From: Acidimicrobiales bacterium
Lineage (GTDB): Bacteria; Actinomycetota; Acidimicrobiia; Acidimicrobiales; RAAP-2
Assembly: GCA_035533995.1 (NCBI GenBank)
Contig: DATLSR010000038.1
Location: forward strand, 12,516-76,515
Reading direction: 5' to 3'
DNA length: 64,000 nt
The notes under the pieces are model-generated. The model worked only from the letters and a program-made list of their open reading frames with translations. It ran no database searches and was not told the origin of the DNA. Both the position numbers and the translations under genes were made by a program. Positions 28,195 to 36,991 of this stretch are shown here, piece by piece (position 1 is the stretch's first letter; each line of letters begins with the position of its first letter).

Positions 28195-29424
28195 GTGGAC
28201 GTCACCGCCAGTTCCCTCACACCTCGTCGCGTGACGCGCCAGATTTCCGTTGGCTCGGTCAAGGTGGGCGGTAACGCGCCGATATCGGTTCAGTCCATGA
28301 CGACGACGAAAACTGCGGACGTTGAGGGCACGATTGAACAGATCTACGCGCTCGCCGCCAATGGCGCCGACATCGTTCGATGCACCTGTAACGACCAGGG
28401 AGCGGCCGAGGGCCTGGCCCAGATCGTGCCACGCTCTCCGGTACCCATCGTCGCCGATATTCACTTTCACGTCGAAATGGCCCTCGCCGCTCTTGAAGCC
28501 GGCGTGCAGGGACTACGCCTTAACCCCGGCAACCTTCGTAAACCCGCCGAGATCAAACTCGTCGCGAGCGAAGCGCGCGATCGAGGCGTACCAATTCGTA
28601 TTGGGGTGAACGCGGGCTCGTTGCATCCCGAGATCTACGAGCGATTCGGCGGGGCGACACCCGAAGCCCTCGTTGAGTCGGCGCGCATCGAGTTGGCTTA
28701 TTTCGATGAGGTCGGGTTCTCGGACGTCAAGATCTCGGTCAAGGCGTCGTCGGTGGCGACCATGATCGCGGCCTACCGTCTCGCCTCAGCGACCTTCGAT
28801 CACCCGTTGCACCTTGGCGTCACCGAAGCCGGTCCTCTACCGGGCGGTCTCTTAAAGGGCACCGCCGGCATCGCGACGCTGCTCGCTGAAGGCATTGGCG
28901 ACACGCTGCGCTACTCACTCACGGCCGACCCGGTTGAAGAGGCGCGTGCCGGTCGCCAGTTACTCGAGTCCCTCGGGCTCCGTGAGCGGAAAGGTCTCGA
29001 CCTCATCGCCTGTCCGAGCTGTGGACGGGCCGAAGTCGACGTGATCAAGGTCGCCACCGAAGCCCAGGCCGCGCTGAACGCACTCGACGTGCCCCTACAG
29101 GTCGCGGTGATGGGTTGCGTCGTTAATGGCCCCGGCGAGGCGCGCCACGCCGACCTTGGCATCGCCGCGGGTAAGAAGCGTGGACACCTCTTCATCCAAG
29201 GTCAGATCGTGCGCGTGGTGCGCGAAGACGAGATGGTGGACGCGCTCGTTGACGAAGCGAAGAAGATTATCGCTGAAGGTATCGAGGCGCGACTCTTGGC
29301 CCGCGACGTCACCGCCGAAGCCGAAGCCGAGGCCGACCGCGCGGCGTTACTCGACGACCGCGGCGCTGACGTCAATCACGCCCAAGAGCGCATCGAGAAG
29401 ATTCGACGACACGTCGAGCACTGA
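28195..29424 (+). CDS. ispG: 4-hydroxy-3-methylbut-2-enyl diphosphate synthase
   Basis: VGGNAPISVQSMT, ACPSCGR, and GCVVNGPGE (the Fe-S cysteines). Confidence 0.95.
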   Translation: MDVTASSLTPRRVTRQISVGSVKVGGNAPISVQSMTTTKTADVEGTIEQIYALAANGADIVRCTCNDQGAAEGLAQIVPRSPVPIVADIHFHVEMALAALEAGVQGLRLNPGNLRKPAEIKLVASEARDRGVPIRIGVNAGSLHPEIYERFGGATPEALVESARIELAYFDEVGFSDVKISVKASSVATMIAAYRLASATFDHPLHLGVTEAGPLPGGLLKGTAGIATLLAEGIGDTLRYSLTADPVEEARAGRQLLESLGLRERKGLDLIACPSCGRAEVDVIKVATEAQAALNALDVPLQVAVMGCVVNGPGEARHADLGIAAGKKRGHLFIQGQIVRVVREDEMVDALVDEAKKIIAEGIEARLLARDVTAEAEAEADRAALLDDRGADVNHAQERIEKIRRHVEH

Positions 29425-29459
29425 GGCTGACCTAGGCTGTCCCTTTACAAAGGAGCACC

Positions 29460-30869
29460 GTGGCGTCCAAGAGCGTTCTCACCCCTCAAGACCAGGACTT
29501 TCCGCGCTGGTACCAAGACGTCGTCGCTAAGGCCGAAATGGCTGACAACGGTCCCGTTCGCGGCACGATGGTCATTCGTCCCTACGGCTACGCCATCTGG
29601 GAACGCATGCAGTCCGAGATTGACACGCGTATCAAAGCGGCCGGCGCGAAGAACGCGTACTTCCCGCTCTTCATCCCGGAGAGCTATCTCTCAAAAGAGG
29701 CCGAACACGTCGAAGGTTTCAGTCCCGAACTCGCGGTGGTTACTCACGCCGGCGGCGAAGAACTCGCTGAGCCGATCATCGTTCGCCCCACGTCCGAGAC
29801 GGTCATTGGCGAGTTCATGGCCAAGTGGATCCAGAGCTATCGCGACCTGCCCCTACTACTGAACCAGTGGGCCAACGTCGTGCGATGGGAACTTCGCCCC
29901 CGGCTCTTTTTGCGCAGTTCGGAGTTCCTTTGGCAGGAGGGACACACCGCGCACGCTAGTCACGACGACGCGTCGTCCTACGCCAAGAAAATTCAATCCG
30001 AGGTCTACAACGATTTCCTCGTGAACGTCCTCGCGACGCCCACCTACGTTGGCATAAAGCCACCTAGCGAACGATTCGCCGGCGCGGAGAACTCCATGAC
30101 GTGTGAGGGCATGATGCGCGACGGTAAGGCGTTGCAGATGGCGACGAGCCACGAACTCGGTCAAAACTTCGCCAAGGCCTTTGACATCTTCTACCAGAGC
30201 GAAGAGGGACAGGCCGAACTCTGTTTCACGACGTCGTGGGGTTCTTCGACGCGCCTCGTTGGTGGACTCATTATGACCCACGGGGACGATGCTGGTTTGA
30301 TCGTACCGCCGCGTTTGGCGCCGGTACAGGTCGTGGTCATTGTCGTGCGCGACGAACCCGACGTCAGGGAAGCTGCCCAAGAGTTAACGAGGTCGCTCGT
30401 TGCCGCCGGTGTACGCGTGGAACTCGACAACGGTCGGGGAAGCTTCGGCCGTCGGGTGACGGACTGGGAGATCAAGGGCGTGCCACTGCGCGTTGAGGTG
30501 GGTCCTCGCGACTTGGCCCAAGGGCTCGCCACCATGGTTCGACGTGACTCGGGCCAAAAACTACCGAGGGCACTCGCCTCATTGGTGAACGAAGTACCCG
30601 CGCTCTTAGAGTCAATGCAGGACGACCTCTACGAGCGGGCACTGGCCCACCGTAACGAGCACACTCGCGACGTCACGAGCATCGCCGGCGCGCTCGAAGC
30701 CGCGAAGGACGGCTTCGCCCGTCTGGCGTGGGACCTCGTCGAGGGCGACGGCGAGCGAGAATTGAACGCCGAGGCCGTGAGTGTTCGTTGCCTCCAGCGC
30801 AGGGATGGCTCCATGCCGGCGAGCGATGAGGAGAGCGATCTCGTCGCGTACGTGGCTAAGTCCTACTGA
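29460..30869 (+). CDS. proS: Prolyl-tRNA synthetase, short archaeal/eukaryote-like type (no INS editing insertion)
   Basis: 469 aa. The N-terminus FPRWYQDVVAKAEMADNGPVRGTMVIRPYGYAIWE is followed by the class II motifs, and the protein ends in a C-terminal Tyr (..VAKSY), as in the Thermus/archaeal-type enzymes. Confidence 0.9.
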   Translation: MASKSVLTPQDQDFPRWYQDVVAKAEMADNGPVRGTMVIRPYGYAIWERMQSEIDTRIKAAGAKNAYFPLFIPESYLSKEAEHVEGFSPELAVVTHAGGEELAEPIIVRPTSETVIGEFMAKWIQSYRDLPLLLNQWANVVRWELRPRLFLRSSEFLWQEGHTAHASHDDASSYAKKIQSEVYNDFLVNVLATPTYVGIKPPSERFAGAENSMTCEGMMRDGKALQMATSHELGQNFAKAFDIFYQSEEGQAELCFTTSWGSSTRLVGGLIMTHGDDAGLIVPPRLAPVQVVVIVVRDEPDVREAAQELTRSLVAAGVRVELDNGRGSFGRRVTDWEIKGVPLRVEVGPRDLAQGLATMVRRDSGQKLPRALASLVNEVPALLESMQDDLYERALAHRNEHTRDVTSIAGALEAAKDGFARLAWDLVEGDGERELNAEAVSVRCLQRRDGSMPASDEESDLVAYVAKSY

Positions 30870-30925
30870 GGCCAGAAAAAGAGATTTCTCGCAGTGCGTT
30901 GAAGTTTTCTTCAGCCGTACTCCAA

Positions 30926-30954
30926 TTGTTTACCGCCCCTTCGACTGCTATAAT
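30926..30954 (+). promoter_or_regulatory. Near-consensus sigma-70-type promoter: TTGTTT - 17 nt - TATAAT
   Basis: -35 ttgttt at 30926-30931, a 17-nt spacer, and a perfect tataat at 30949-30954. It sits in an AT-rich gap of a GC-rich genome, about 105 nt upstream of the rimP ATG. Confidence 0.55.
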
Positions 30955-30992
30955 TGCTCTCTACAGTCCGCTTAGGACGATTGGACTCGTTT

Positions 30993-31022
30993 AAGCGCGG
31001 GCCTCGGGCCCGCGCTTTTTAT
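30993..31022 (+). terminator. Intrinsic terminator / attenuator hairpin in the rimP-nusA leader
   Basis: An 11-bp GC-rich stem aagcgcgggcc / ggcccgcgctt with loop tcg, followed by tttttatt. It lies downstream of the promoter above and 39 nt upstream of the rimP ATG. Confidence 0.7.
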
Positions 31023-31060
31023 TGTCTGAACGTCCGTGGTGACAACGAAAGGAGACGGCC

Positions 31061-31552
31061 ATGGAATGGGACACCACGTTACGCCCCATGCTGTCTCCCC
31101 TTGGTTTGGAGCTCTACGACGTGGAGTTTTCCGCAGGTACCTTGAACGTCGTGGTCAATAAGACCGGCGGAGTTGACCTCGAATCGCTGACGAAGGCCAA
31201 TCGAACCATCTCTGAGTGGTTGGACGCGAACGACCCCATCGCGAGCCGCTACACCTTGGACGTGTCGAGCCCCGGCTTGGAACGACGTCTCCGCACGCCG
31301 CTGCACTTCAAGAGCGCGATCGGTGAGGTTGTGACGCTTCGAGAGCTTCGGGGCCACGAGGCGACGCGACGTCTAGAAGGGACGCTCCTCGCCGCCGACG
31401 AGAAGAGCGTCACGCTCGACGACAACGAACTCGGTGCGGTGACGATCGCGATTGACGCGATCGAACGTGCGCGCACCGTCTTTGCCTGGGGCGCGGTCAA
31501 GCCCGCGACGACCAAGGGTGCAAAGACTTCAACGACGAGCAAGAAAGGTTAG
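31061..31552 (+). CDS. rimP: Ribosome maturation factor RimP
   Basis: 163 aa with LGLELYDVEF...LDVSSPGLERRLR. AAAGGAG lies 7 nt upstream. It precedes nusA. Confidence 0.9.
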   Translation: MEWDTTLRPMLSPLGLELYDVEFSAGTLNVVVNKTGGVDLESLTKANRTISEWLDANDPIASRYTLDVSSPGLERRLRTPLHFKSAIGEVVTLRELRGHEATRRLEGTLLAADEKSVTLDDNELGAVTIAIDAIERARTVFAWGAVKPATTKGAKTSTTSKKG

Positions 31553-31554
31553 AC

Positions 31555-32703
31555 ATGGCGAACTTCGAATTTCTTGAGGCCCTCGGTCAAATCGCGCGTG
31601 ACCAGAACATTGATGAGGGGGAGTTGTTGATTGCCTTGGCGAACGCGCTCCTCGCCGCCTACAAGCGTCGCCCCGACTCCGCTGAAGACGCGGAAGTCGA
31701 AATTAACCCCGAAACCGGTGAGATCAAGGTCTGGGGTCTCGAGCTCGATCTCGAAGGCAACGTCACACGCGAGTGGGACGCGACACCCGAAGACTTTGGC
31801 CGCATCGCCGCTCAGACCGCCAAACAAGTGTTGATGCAGTTAATCCGCGACATTCAACGTCGCCAGATGTACGAAGAGTTCGCCAATCGCGAGGGTGACA
31901 TCGTCTCGGGAACGGTCCAACAGAACGACAACCGCTACACGTTGCTCGACCTTGGTCGGGTGGAAGCCCTGCTGCCCCAGGCCGAACAGATCGCCTTTGA
32001 GCGCTACGAGCATGGCGCGCGCATCAAGGTCTACATCGTTGAGGTCCGAAAGACCAACAAGGGCCCCCAGATCGTCGTGAGCCGTACCCACCCGGCGCTG
32101 GTGGCGAAACTCTTCGAGATTGAAGTTCCCGAGATCGCGAACGGCATCGTCGAGATCAAGGCGCTGGCGCGCGAGCCCGGTCACCGTTCGAAGATCGCCG
32201 TGGCGTCAAATGACCAGATGATCGATCCCGTCGGTGCGTGTGTAGGTGCGCGAGGATCACGTGTTCGTAACATCACCAATGAGTTGCGCTCCGAGCGCAT
32301 CGACGTCGTTCCCTACAGTGATGACCCCGTTGAGTTCATTCAGTCCGCCCTTCAACCAGCGCGTGTTCGCGAAGTGCGTCTGAACGAAGAAGAAGGCATC
32401 GCCACGGTCATTGTTCACGATCAGCAGCTCTCACTCGCGATTGGCAAAGAAGGTCAGAACGCGCGCCTCGCCGCTCGTCTCACCGGGTGGCGCATCGACA
32501 TCCGTTCCGAGAACGAAGGTAATGACGAGGTCGTCGAGGAAGTTTGGACCGAAGGCGACGCCGTGGTCGAAGAGACCGTGGCCGTTGTCGAAGGCGAAGG
32601 CGGTGAGGTCGAAGCGGTCATCGTTGATGAAGTCACCTTGACGCCAGAGGGCGACCTCGAAGAGGTCGTTGTTGTTGAAGCGGTTACGGAGGGCGAGGCA
32701 TAG
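31555..32703 (+). CDS. nusA: Transcription termination/antitermination factor NusA (acidic V/E-rich C-terminal tail, no AR repeats)
   Basis: N-terminal domain, S1 (GDIVSGTVQQ), KH1/KH2 (GACVGARGSRV; AIGKEGQNARLAARLTGWRIDI). Confidence 0.95.
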   Translation: MANFEFLEALGQIARDQNIDEGELLIALANALLAAYKRRPDSAEDAEVEINPETGEIKVWGLELDLEGNVTREWDATPEDFGRIAAQTAKQVLMQLIRDIQRRQMYEEFANREGDIVSGTVQQNDNRYTLLDLGRVEALLPQAEQIAFERYEHGARIKVYIVEVRKTNKGPQIVVSRTHPALVAKLFEIEVPEIANGIVEIKALAREPGHRSKIAVASNDQMIDPVGACVGARGSRVRNITNELRSERIDVVPYSDDPVEFIQSALQPARVREVRLNEEEGIATVIVHDQQLSLAIGKEGQNARLAARLTGWRIDIRSENEGNDEVVEEVWTEGDAVVEETVAVVEGEGGEVEAVIVDEVTLTPEGDLEEVVVVEAVTEGEA

Positions 32704-32954
32704 CCCCGGTACGTACGTGCGTTGTCTGTCGTGAACGGCGAGGTGACGACGAGATGGTTCGTGCGGGAAGAGGCCCCGAGGGGTCGTGGTATCTCGGACG
32801 AGGCGTTGGTCGTGGCGTGTGGTGGTGTGACGACCCACGCTGTGAAGATGCGGTAGGAGTTACTCACGTGGCTCGAGCACTAAGAAGCACCGTGCTCGAG
32901 AGCGACGTGGCGGCCTTAAGGGGTCTCACGACCAGGAAAAGGCCGCAGTTGTGA
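32700..32954 (+). CDS. ylxR: YlxR/RnpM-family (DUF448) protein; start codon unresolved
   Basis: The in-frame translation is ..PVRTCVVCRERRGDDEMVRAGRGPEGSWYLGRGVGRGVWWCDDPRCEDAV...ARALR. It carries the family motifs RTCxxCR and GRGxW/YxC and sits in the nusA-infB position. The first canonical start (ATG 32754) lies downstream of the RTCVVCR motif. Confidence 0.6.
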   Translation: MAPVRTCVVCRERRGDDEMVRAGRGPEGSWYLGRGVGRGVWWCDDPRCEDAVGVTHVARALRSTVLESDVAALRGLTTRKRPQL

Positions 32955-33009
32955 AAGAATAGGAAACTGTGCCCGCCGAGTGTGCGGGTGTGCGAAGTGA
33001 AGGAACGTT

Positions 33010-35730
33010 TTGGCACCAAAGAAAATACGAGTGCACGAGCTCTCGAAGGAGCTCGGCTTGACGAGTAAAGAGCTACTCGCACTCGCCCAAAAACTAGGTA
33101 TCGGCGCCTCGAGCCCGTCGGCGTCGATTGAGGACGCGCAGGCCGACCGCATCCGTCGGCGTGCCGACACGGACGGACTACGTCGCGCGGCGCCCGCCGA
33201 GAGCGATGGCGAAAAAGTCACCAAGGCGGCGAAAGCGACAAAGACCACTAAGGCCGCCGCACCGGTGGAAACCGCACCGCCCGCCCCCGTGCGCGCGTCG
33301 CGCGTTGTCAAAGCGGTCGCGCCCGTCGTCGCCGCGGCACCTCCGATAACCCAATCCGACGCGACGATCGCTTCGCTACCAGAGCCGGTCGCCGAAGTAC
33401 CGGCCCCCATCGCACCCAAAGTCGTTCGATCGAGCGTTCCCGTGCCCAAGCCCGTGCCCACGCGCACCCTGTCGCCTGATGGACCAACGACAATTCGACC
33501 CACCCAACGCGGCAGTGCCGCGGACGGCGACGCCGGGACTCGACCCCCGCTCAGTTCCTCTGGCCGACCTATTCCGCCACCCCCAGGTCGCCCTCTAAGT
33601 TCCTCCGGTCGACCGATCCCGCCTCCGCCGGGCGTACGACGTCCGATGCCGGGCGGAACTGGACGCAGTGGCCCGCCGAGTGGTGCTCGTCCGATGAGCG
33701 CACGACCGAGTACTGGCGCGCCGCGAACCGGTGGACCGTCACGTCCTGGTGGCGGCTTTAGCGCCACTCGTCCCGGCGCTCCGGCAGGCGGCGCACCAGC
33801 GGGCGTTGGACGCAGCGGCGCTCCCGCGCGCGGCGGCGGCGGTCCTCGCGGATCGCAGCGCAAGACAACGCGTCGACGTCGTCGCAACGTCGAAGAGCTC
33901 GAGCCCACCCAGATGACGACGTGGCAGCCCAGCAGTGCGCCGGTTCCCGACGGCGAGATCATTATCGAGCGGGGTTCGACCGCCAAGGACGTAGGCCCCA
34001 AACTCAATCGCAGTGCCACGGACATCATTCGTTTCTTGTTCTTGCAAGGCGAGATCGTGACGTCGTTGCAGAGCCTTTCTGATGACATGATTGAGCTCTA
34101 CGCCGCGGAAGTCGGCGCCGACGTGCACCTCGTTGACCCGGGTGAGCAGAAGGAAGCAGAACTTCTCGCGAAGTTTTTTGACGAAGACGACGACGACGAA
34201 GTCATTCCCGACGCTCCTCGACCACCCGTTGTCACGGTGATGGGCCACGTCGATCACGGCAAGACGTTGTTGCTCGACAAAATCCGAAAGACCAACGTGG
34301 TCGCCGGTGAAGCCGGTGGTATCACCCAACACATTGGTGCGTATCAAGTGCCCTGGCACGGTAAGTCGATTACGTTCCTCGATACTCCAGGCCACGAAGC
34401 CTTCACGGCGATGCGTGCCAGAGGCGCCAAGGTCACTGACGTCATTATTTTGGTGGTCGCGGCCGACGACGGTGTCATGCCCCAGACCGTCGAGGCAATC
34501 GACCACGCGAAAGCGGCTGACGTTCCGATCCTTGTGGCGATCAACAAGATGGACAAGGCCGACGCCAATCCTGACCGGGTGCTCCAACAACTCTCCGAGC
34601 ACGGCCTGGTCCCCGAAAAGTGGGGCGGCGACACCATCGTGGTCGAGATCTCCGCCCTCCAGGGCACCGGAATCGACTCACTGCTCGAACAGGTTCTCCT
34701 CGTTGCTGAGATTGGCGAACTCTCCGCTCCGCCGACGGGACGCGCCGAGGGCACCGTACTCGAAGCGAACCTCGAAGTCGGACGCGGTCCGGTGGCGACG
34801 GTCATGATTCAAAAGGGACTACTCAGTGTGGGCGACCCCGTCGTGGCCGGTCCGGCCTTCGGCAAGGTCAAAGCGCTCATTAACGATCAGGGCAAGTCGG
34901 TGAAGACGGCCGGCCCTTCGACGCCGGTGCAGATTCTGGGATTTAGCGAACCACCGTTTGCCGGCGACGAGATGCGCGTCGCGCGAGACCTCGGTCACGC
35001 TCGCTCACTCGCTGAAGCGCGCGCCCAACGCACGCGTCTCGTTGGTCAACAGCCCGTAGCGTCATCGAGTGGTGCTCGACTCGAGGATCTTTTTGAGCAG
35101 ATTCAACGCGGCGAAACCGCGACGCTGAACATTGTCCTCAAGGCTGACGTGCAAGGTTCGCTCGAAGCCTGCACTGAGTCACTGCGCAAGCTAGAGCGCG
35201 ACGACGTCAAACTCGTCATCGTGCACCGCGGCGTGGGTGGTATTACGGAGAACGACGTGCAGTTGGCCAAGGCCTCAAACGCGACGATTATTGGTTTCAA
35301 CGTTCGACCCGACAAGCGCAGTCGAGAACTCGCCGAGAGTGAATCGGTACAGATCCGAACGTACGAGATCATCTACAAGCTGATTGAAGAGATTCAGTCC
35401 GCGATGCTCGGTCTGTTGACGCCAATCTTTGAAGAGATTGTCACGGGCGAAGCGGAAGTGCGCGAAGTGTTCCGCGTTCCGCGCATTGGTGCAATCGCTG
35501 GTTGCTTCGTACGCGACGGCGTCATTACGCGAGGATCCAAGGTTCGCTTCTTGCGTGATGGTGCGATTATCTGGAAGGGATCGATTACGTCACTTCGTCG
35601 ATTCAAGGAAGACGCGCGCGAAGTCGCCGCGGGCTTCGAGTGCGGCATCGGACTGTCGGACTACCAAGACCTGAAACCCGACGACATCATTGAGACATTC
35701 GAAGAGCGCGAGATTCCGCGCACGGCCTAA
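33010..35730 (+). CDS. infB: Translation initiation factor IF-2
   Basis: TTG start with AGGA upstream. N-terminus MAPKKIRVHELSKELGLTSKELL, a long Pro/Gly/Arg-rich linker, a G domain (GHVDHGKT, DTPGHEAF, NKMD) and the C-terminal domains. Confidence 0.95.
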   Translation: MAPKKIRVHELSKELGLTSKELLALAQKLGIGASSPSASIEDAQADRIRRRADTDGLRRAAPAESDGEKVTKAAKATKTTKAAAPVETAPPAPVRASRVVKAVAPVVAAAPPITQSDATIASLPEPVAEVPAPIAPKVVRSSVPVPKPVPTRTLSPDGPTTIRPTQRGSAADGDAGTRPPLSSSGRPIPPPPGRPLSSSGRPIPPPPGVRRPMPGGTGRSGPPSGARPMSARPSTGAPRTGGPSRPGGGFSATRPGAPAGGAPAGVGRSGAPARGGGGPRGSQRKTTRRRRRNVEELEPTQMTTWQPSSAPVPDGEIIIERGSTAKDVGPKLNRSATDIIRFLFLQGEIVTSLQSLSDDMIELYAAEVGADVHLVDPGEQKEAELLAKFFDEDDDDEVIPDAPRPPVVTVMGHVDHGKTLLLDKIRKTNVVAGEAGGITQHIGAYQVPWHGKSITFLDTPGHEAFTAMRARGAKVTDVIILVVAADDGVMPQTVEAIDHAKAADVPILVAINKMDKADANPDRVLQQLSEHGLVPEKWGGDTIVVEISALQGTGIDSLLEQVLLVAEIGELSAPPTGRAEGTVLEANLEVGRGPVATVMIQKGLLSVGDPVVAGPAFGKVKALINDQGKSVKTAGPSTPVQILGFSEPPFAGDEMRVARDLGHARSLAEARAQRTRLVGQQPVASSSGARLEDLFEQIQRGETATLNIVLKADVQGSLEACTESLRKLERDDVKLVIVHRGVGGITENDVQLAKASNATIIGFNVRPDKRSRELAESESVQIRTYEIIYKLIEEIQSAMLGLLTPIFEEIVTGEAEVREVFRVPRIGAIAGCFVRDGVITRGSKVRFLRDGAIIWKGSITSLRRFKEDAREVAAGFECGIGLSDYQDLKPDDIIETFEEREIPRTA
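33547..33633 (+). repeat. In-frame duplicated 14-aa motif PLSSSGRPIPPPPG (two copies separated by one Arg codon) in the IF-2 linker
   Basis: The copies are at 33547-33588 and 33592-33633. The peptides are identical, yet 10 of the 14 codons differ synonymously. Confidence 0.9.
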
Positions 35731-35733
35731 CGC

Positions 35734-36096
35734 ATGGCCCACTCATCGAGTTCCAATCATCCGTACCCGCGTTCGGCTCGAATTAATCAGATACTGCGGG
35801 AAATAATTTCTGACGAACTCGTTCGAATCTCCGACGTCGATGAGCGTCTCGGACTCTTGACGGTGACCGGGGTGGACACGTCGTCGGACATGCGCCACGC
35901 CACGGTATTCTTCGACTCGCTTTCTGACAACGCCAAGGTCGCCCTTGAGGAACGGCGAGCCCAGATCCAGGGGGCGGTCAATGTTCAGACGCGACTAAAA
36001 CGAACACCCAAACTCACGTTCTTGGCCGATCCGGCGGTGGCCAGTGGCTCCGCGGTCGAAGAGGTCCTGCGACGAACACGACATGACGACGAATAA
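35734..36096 (+). CDS. rbfA: Ribosome-binding factor A
   Basis: 120 aa with RSARINQILREIISDEL...DERLGLLTVTGVDTSSDMRHATVF. Confidence 0.9.
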   Translation: MAHSSSSNHPYPRSARINQILREIISDELVRISDVDERLGLLTVTGVDTSSDMRHATVFFDSLSDNAKVALEERRAQIQGAVNVQTRLKRTPKLTFLADPAVASGSAVEEVLRRTRHDDE

Positions 36097-36961
36097 CGGA
36101 CTGCTCCTCATCGATAAGCCCAAGGGTCTTACGAGTCACGACGTGGTGGCCCACGTCCGTAAAGCACTGAACGAACAGCGCGTCGGCCACGCCGGCACGC
36201 TCGATCCCATGGCCACGGGTCTGTTAGTGCTCGCGGTCGGCGCGTCGACCCGTCTGTTGCGCTTTGCCCAAAGTGAGACGAAGCGCTACGAGGGCGTTGT
36301 TACCTTCGGCGTTCGCACGGACTCACTCGACGCCGATGGAGAAGTCCTCGAGCGTCGCGACGTTGCGCCTTTCGGCGTGGAGGTCGTGAACGCCGAGGCG
36401 CTCACCATGCTCGGCGCTGTCTCCCAGATTCCCCCCATGGTCTCGGCACTCAAGGTCAAGGGCAAACGTCTTCACGTCTTGGCTCGTGAGGGTGTTGTCG
36501 TCGAGCGTGAACCCCGCGATATCGTCATTCACGCGTTCTCTCTCTCGCCTACATCGAACGGCGAGGAGTGGACCTTTGACGTGACGTGTTCGGTGGGTAC
36601 TTACGTGCGTGTTCTCCTAAGCGATCTCGCCGAGCGACTTGGAACGATTGGTCATCTCAGTGCACTTCGACGACTTTCGAGTGGTTCACATCGCGTTGAG
36701 GACGCGATGACTTTTGAGCAGTTCGATAGATGCGTGAGTGAGGCTGGCCCGTGCCTGCAACCGCCGCGCAACTTCGTCACGCAGCTCAAAGAGATCGTCG
36801 TGAGCGAAGATGAAGCGCGACGTCTTCGTATGGGTCAACGGGTGTCGCTCGCCTCGTCGCTGAGTGATGAGATCGCCGCACTTGACGACCGCGGCGCGTT
36901 AGTCGCCGTACTGCGCCGACGCGGCGAGTCGTGGCAGCCGAGTGTCGTGCTGCCCGTCTAA
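36083..36961 (+). CDS. truB: tRNA pseudouridine-55 synthase
   Basis: GLLLIDKPKGLTSHDVV and GHAGTLDPMATGLL (catalytic Asp). ATG 36083 overlaps the rbfA 3' end by 14 nt. Confidence 0.9.
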   Translation: MTTNNGLLLIDKPKGLTSHDVVAHVRKALNEQRVGHAGTLDPMATGLLVLAVGASTRLLRFAQSETKRYEGVVTFGVRTDSLDADGEVLERRDVAPFGVEVVNAEALTMLGAVSQIPPMVSALKVKGKRLHVLAREGVVVEREPRDIVIHAFSLSPTSNGEEWTFDVTCSVGTYVRVLLSDLAERLGTIGHLSALRRLSSGSHRVEDAMTFEQFDRCVSEAGPCLQPPRNFVTQLKEIVVSEDEARRLRMGQRVSLASSLSDEIAALDDRGALVAVLRRRGESWQPSVVLPV

Positions 36962-36991
36962 GAGGCGAACGAGCGCAGGTAGGTTGCTGGC

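Noticed and set aside
29425-29459. Possible riboswitch or T-box leaders upstream of proS, and likewise upstream of dapB, dapA and thrB.
   Set aside because: The spacers are only 0-50 nt, far too short for a T-box, a lysine riboswitch or a comparable aptamer.
30955-31060. A possible initiator tRNA (metY-like) upstream of rimP, as in the E. coli metY-rimP-nusA-infB operon.
   Set aside because: No cloverleaf can be drawn. There is no acceptor/T-arm pairing and no GTTCGAATC-like T-loop. The only strong structure is a single terminator hairpin.
32916-34088. A 390-aa minus-strand ORF, rich in Pro, Gly and Arg, opposite the infB 5' half.
   Set aside because: It lies fully antisense to the well-supported IF-2 gene. 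The composition is low-complexity, as expected for the reverse complement of a Pro/Gly/Arg-rich GC-rich region. It is a shadow ORF.
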